Source: a virus
Taxonomy: Duplodnaviria > Caudoviricetes
IMG/VR virus record: IMGVR_UViG_3300035492_000047
Location: 1-27,389 of that record
Strand: one strand, 5' to 3'
Length of the DNA: 27,389 bases
Shown: one piece after another, positions 25,801 to 27,389 of the stretch
Position numbering within the stretch: position 1 is the stretch's first letter
How the letters are laid out: every line of letters starts with the position of its first letter
Program-made: the position numbers and the translations under genes
The notes under the pieces: generated by a model
Seen by the model: only the letters and a program-made list of their open reading frames with translations
Database searches by the model: none
Told to the model about the DNA's origin: nothing

Positions 25801-27389
25801 CGTTGATGGGAATGCTGACTCAATAACATTGCTTAATACTAGGACAGGAACATTAGAGAATTTTTCTGAGGCTCAATTATTACTAAACTCAACATATAAT
25901 CAAGAACTTGATGCTCTTGAAGCAAGAGCATTTCTTGGGGTGACTAATGTTACAGGTGGTGTTGCTAGAATCAGTGGCATCACTATTGGTGGAATTAATA
26001 ATGCCTTAAACTTCCAAGGAGATATTTTTAGTTTATCTGACACCTCTGGTAATCAACGACTGTATTGGGATGCTACTAATAATACTTGGATATTTAACGG
26101 TAGGTTAGTGATCGGAGGTTATTCTGTAAACTCAGAAGCCGATATTCGTGCGCTAGATGGTAAAACCACCGAAGTACGATACTCCACAAGTTCCACCACA
26201 CCTACAGGGTCGAACCCTTCTGGGTGGACAGTAAATCCTCCAAATACAACCAATCCTATATATGCCTCTAGGGTTACACGCTTAAGTAATGGAAATATAG
26301 AGGGTTCTTGGTCTACTCCGGTCAGATGGAACGGATTACAAGGGTCGCAAGGCCCACAAGGTCCATCTGGCTCTAACGCATCTACACTAACTGTTGCATT
26401 GACATCTCAATCTATTGTGTATCGAAAAGATAATACAAGAAGTACGAGTGCAATTACTGTAAACACCGTTGGAACTAATTTACCATCAGGAGGTGTTTAT
26501 GAGTATGAGTTACAAGCATGGAGAGCAAATAACACCTATTCACATAACCGTGTAACAAGCGATGACAGTCAAACAAATGAGCGTTGGACAGTAAATGGTT
26601 CTAGTGCGACACTAGATGTAAGTAGTGGGTATTCTGTTTTTAATCCAAACAACGAATTTATTAATTACAGAATCAGAGTCAGATACTTAGTTGGTGGAAA
26701 TCCAGTAGCAGAAGATACAGTTTCTATCGCTAAAATTTATGACGGTAGTGAGGCTATTACTGTTGTACTGAGTAATGAGACACACACACTACCAGCTAAT
26801 AGTTCTGGTGTCGTATCTAGCATGGTTGGTTCTGGTACAACAATTAAAGTTTATCAAGGGGCTAACTTGCTAACTTTTAGAGGTACTGGCTCAAGTGGTA
26901 GTGTTTACCCGATACAAAACTCAAGCTATCAAATAAAACGCACATATAGTACCAATATGCGCAATGCTGGTACTATGTCAGGTGATGGAACAACTACTGC
27001 CACACAGCCTGATTACGGTGATGTTGTAGGTGATGGTAGTGTAACTGACTGGACTGACTTCTCTATCCGTATCAGGGATGCTGATGGCAGAGAAATTCCA
27101 GTATTGGTTAAACGACAGTCATTTACTAAATCAAAGCAAGGGATACAAGGTGTTCAAGGGTCTATTGGTGCTGGTTTTTACTCTGTAAATGTTGCAACAA
27201 ACAAACCAACTATAAACAACACCTACCTGAACAGTTTATTCACACCAAGCTCAGTAGCAGGTAGAAATCCAGTTAATAAAGATACATTCTTTGTTAAATG
27301 GTTGAATGCTCGGGATGCTTATGAGTTCAATGGCACTAACTGGGTAGCTGCATCTTTAGTTGTAGATGGCTCCATTATTGCATCAGAAA
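22820..27389 (+). CDS. Very large tail fibre / host-specificity protein, truncated by the window edge (at least 1523 codons)
   Basis: Not in the ORF track because there is no stop. Manual translation: MVVYDPILRKELSRELSWDELDSNF, long heptad coiled coils with ADExxAR repeats, beta domains, G-X-Y triplets, ending ...WVAASLVVDGSIIASE. Confidence 0.88.
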   Translation, partial: MVVYDPILRKELSRELSWDELDSNFENVILKFSDIDGTITDLAETVDENFVFLDNKITNGLQKAQLDLEDALVIIDSEIQDAKNIAAQALQDAEQRIDQAVSELQQNTLDSFQTVNDSINILDQTIEGYKDDFENEVEVIRGEIDSRVSETQQELERVRESLKLDINTEMLSRKESDKLLFETTALAVQLRQNQSDITNAIFEVDPATGTIRNLAYAYTDSQFTQAGLLIDGVNAEIQLQAQRVTSAEDRISNAESELLLQAGQIGLRATYTEVNQAIAGAIDAVLPAYSFGFFNSNEGWVAVNGTLTPATSKINLTWGDIENTSLSYVADENPIISISIERTGGTGWVGDLIVTFEGGATQTYTGVIQDIAAGTTFVRVLNLDGESTYTGNVTGIRLVLGASVADTFTINSITIGKPSAALTELEGITAQINQVGIDLNALEASLTSYVTVDTYTAEAVTRSNVETVLNGIDSYAAITATLQEFDTNDTLTKANYAAQWVDAANANIRSEVQAYKTEEIDPELNTIRGDLTTASSLIDAANGKISNQIISISGIESDSKDLAKIALQAEYQLYLSKKNQLEQGVAIAIAKNELNTISNEQLALAEEILLLEAKFGTDVGQVNATLFELNQAIADENEARVQALQLLEADFNQTINASADVILDVVSNAEQSLAQQILNLQTEFGEEISTNVQQLLQAISDEEQARISQFNLLEANFNDEIQATRTDLTTLVANETGAIAQTVTELTAEVNGNYATKFEVTDAVATETQARLTQASQLEASFNQNINTTRGELVDLVADEESARISAIQNLTAEFNTTYATKTEVTNIVADESQARVEDINNLFVEIENNFATINDLNEVSVTVEESKAVSQKSLVSIYGLEEKTKETGVEQLLESYRLYLAEKGQLELGVSIARAETALTTVTNAQLSQAEQLTVLDAKLGTLSGTVSANYTELNQVIADETEARGLAITSLQTNINGQISAQNQIIQTVRQDVDGNADSITLLNTRTGTLENFSEAQLLLNSTYNQELDALEARAFLGVTNVTGGVARISGITIGGINNALNFQGDIFSLSDTSGNQRLYWDATNNTWIFNGRLVIGGYSVNSEADIRALDGKTTEVRYSTSSTTPTGSNPSGWTVNPPNTTNPIYASRVTRLSNGNIEGSWSTPVRWNGLQGSQGPQGPSGSNASTLTVALTSQSIVYRKDNTRSTSAITVNTVGTNLPSGGVYEYELQAWRANNTYSHNRVTSDDSQTNERWTVNGSSATLDVSSGYSVFNPNNEFINYRIRVRYLVGGNPVAEDTVSIAKIYDGSEAITVVLSNETHTLPANSSGVVSSMVGSGTTIKVYQGANLLTFRGTGSSGSVYPIQNSSYQIKRTYSTNMRNAGTMSGDGTTTATQPDYGDVVGDGSVTDWTDFSIRIRDADGREIPVLVKRQSFTKSKQGIQGVQGSIGAGFYSVNVATNKPTINNTYLNSLFTPSSVAGRNPVNKDTFFVKWLNARDAYEFNGTNWVAASLVVDGSIIASE

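Overview
Fragment of a lytic myovirus genome that uses T4-type late transcription. Left, minus strand: a recombination/transcription operon of gp55-like late sigma factor, an inserted Hef-like endonuclease, gp47 (Mre11/SbcD-like) and gp46 (Rad50/SbcC-like, running off the left edge). It is driven by two tandem sigma70 promoters. A ~900 bp repeat-rich divergent intergenic region (4665-5579) follows. Right, plus strand: a contractile-tail module of sheath, three tandem tube-fold genes, gp26-like hub assembly protein, a 709-aa unknown protein, probable tape measure, gp48/gp53/gp27-like parts, a gpV/gp5-like spike, gp25, gp6, gp7-like, an S74-chaperone mini-fibre, a putative tip protein, a small gene interrupted by an in-frame TAA, and a >1500-codon tail fibre running off the right edge. 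Late promoters (TATAAATA and variants) and terminators punctuate the module. The most notable observations are: (1) a bipartite ~100-bp element duplicated at an exact 481-bp offset around iteron-like motifs; (2) an exact 8-bp direct repeat flanking the endonuclease, whose loss would restore the gp55-gp47 junction; (3) hairpins that sequester the RBS with a late promoter in the loop; (4) the interrupted gene. All functional calls come from motif recognition by eye; no searches were run.
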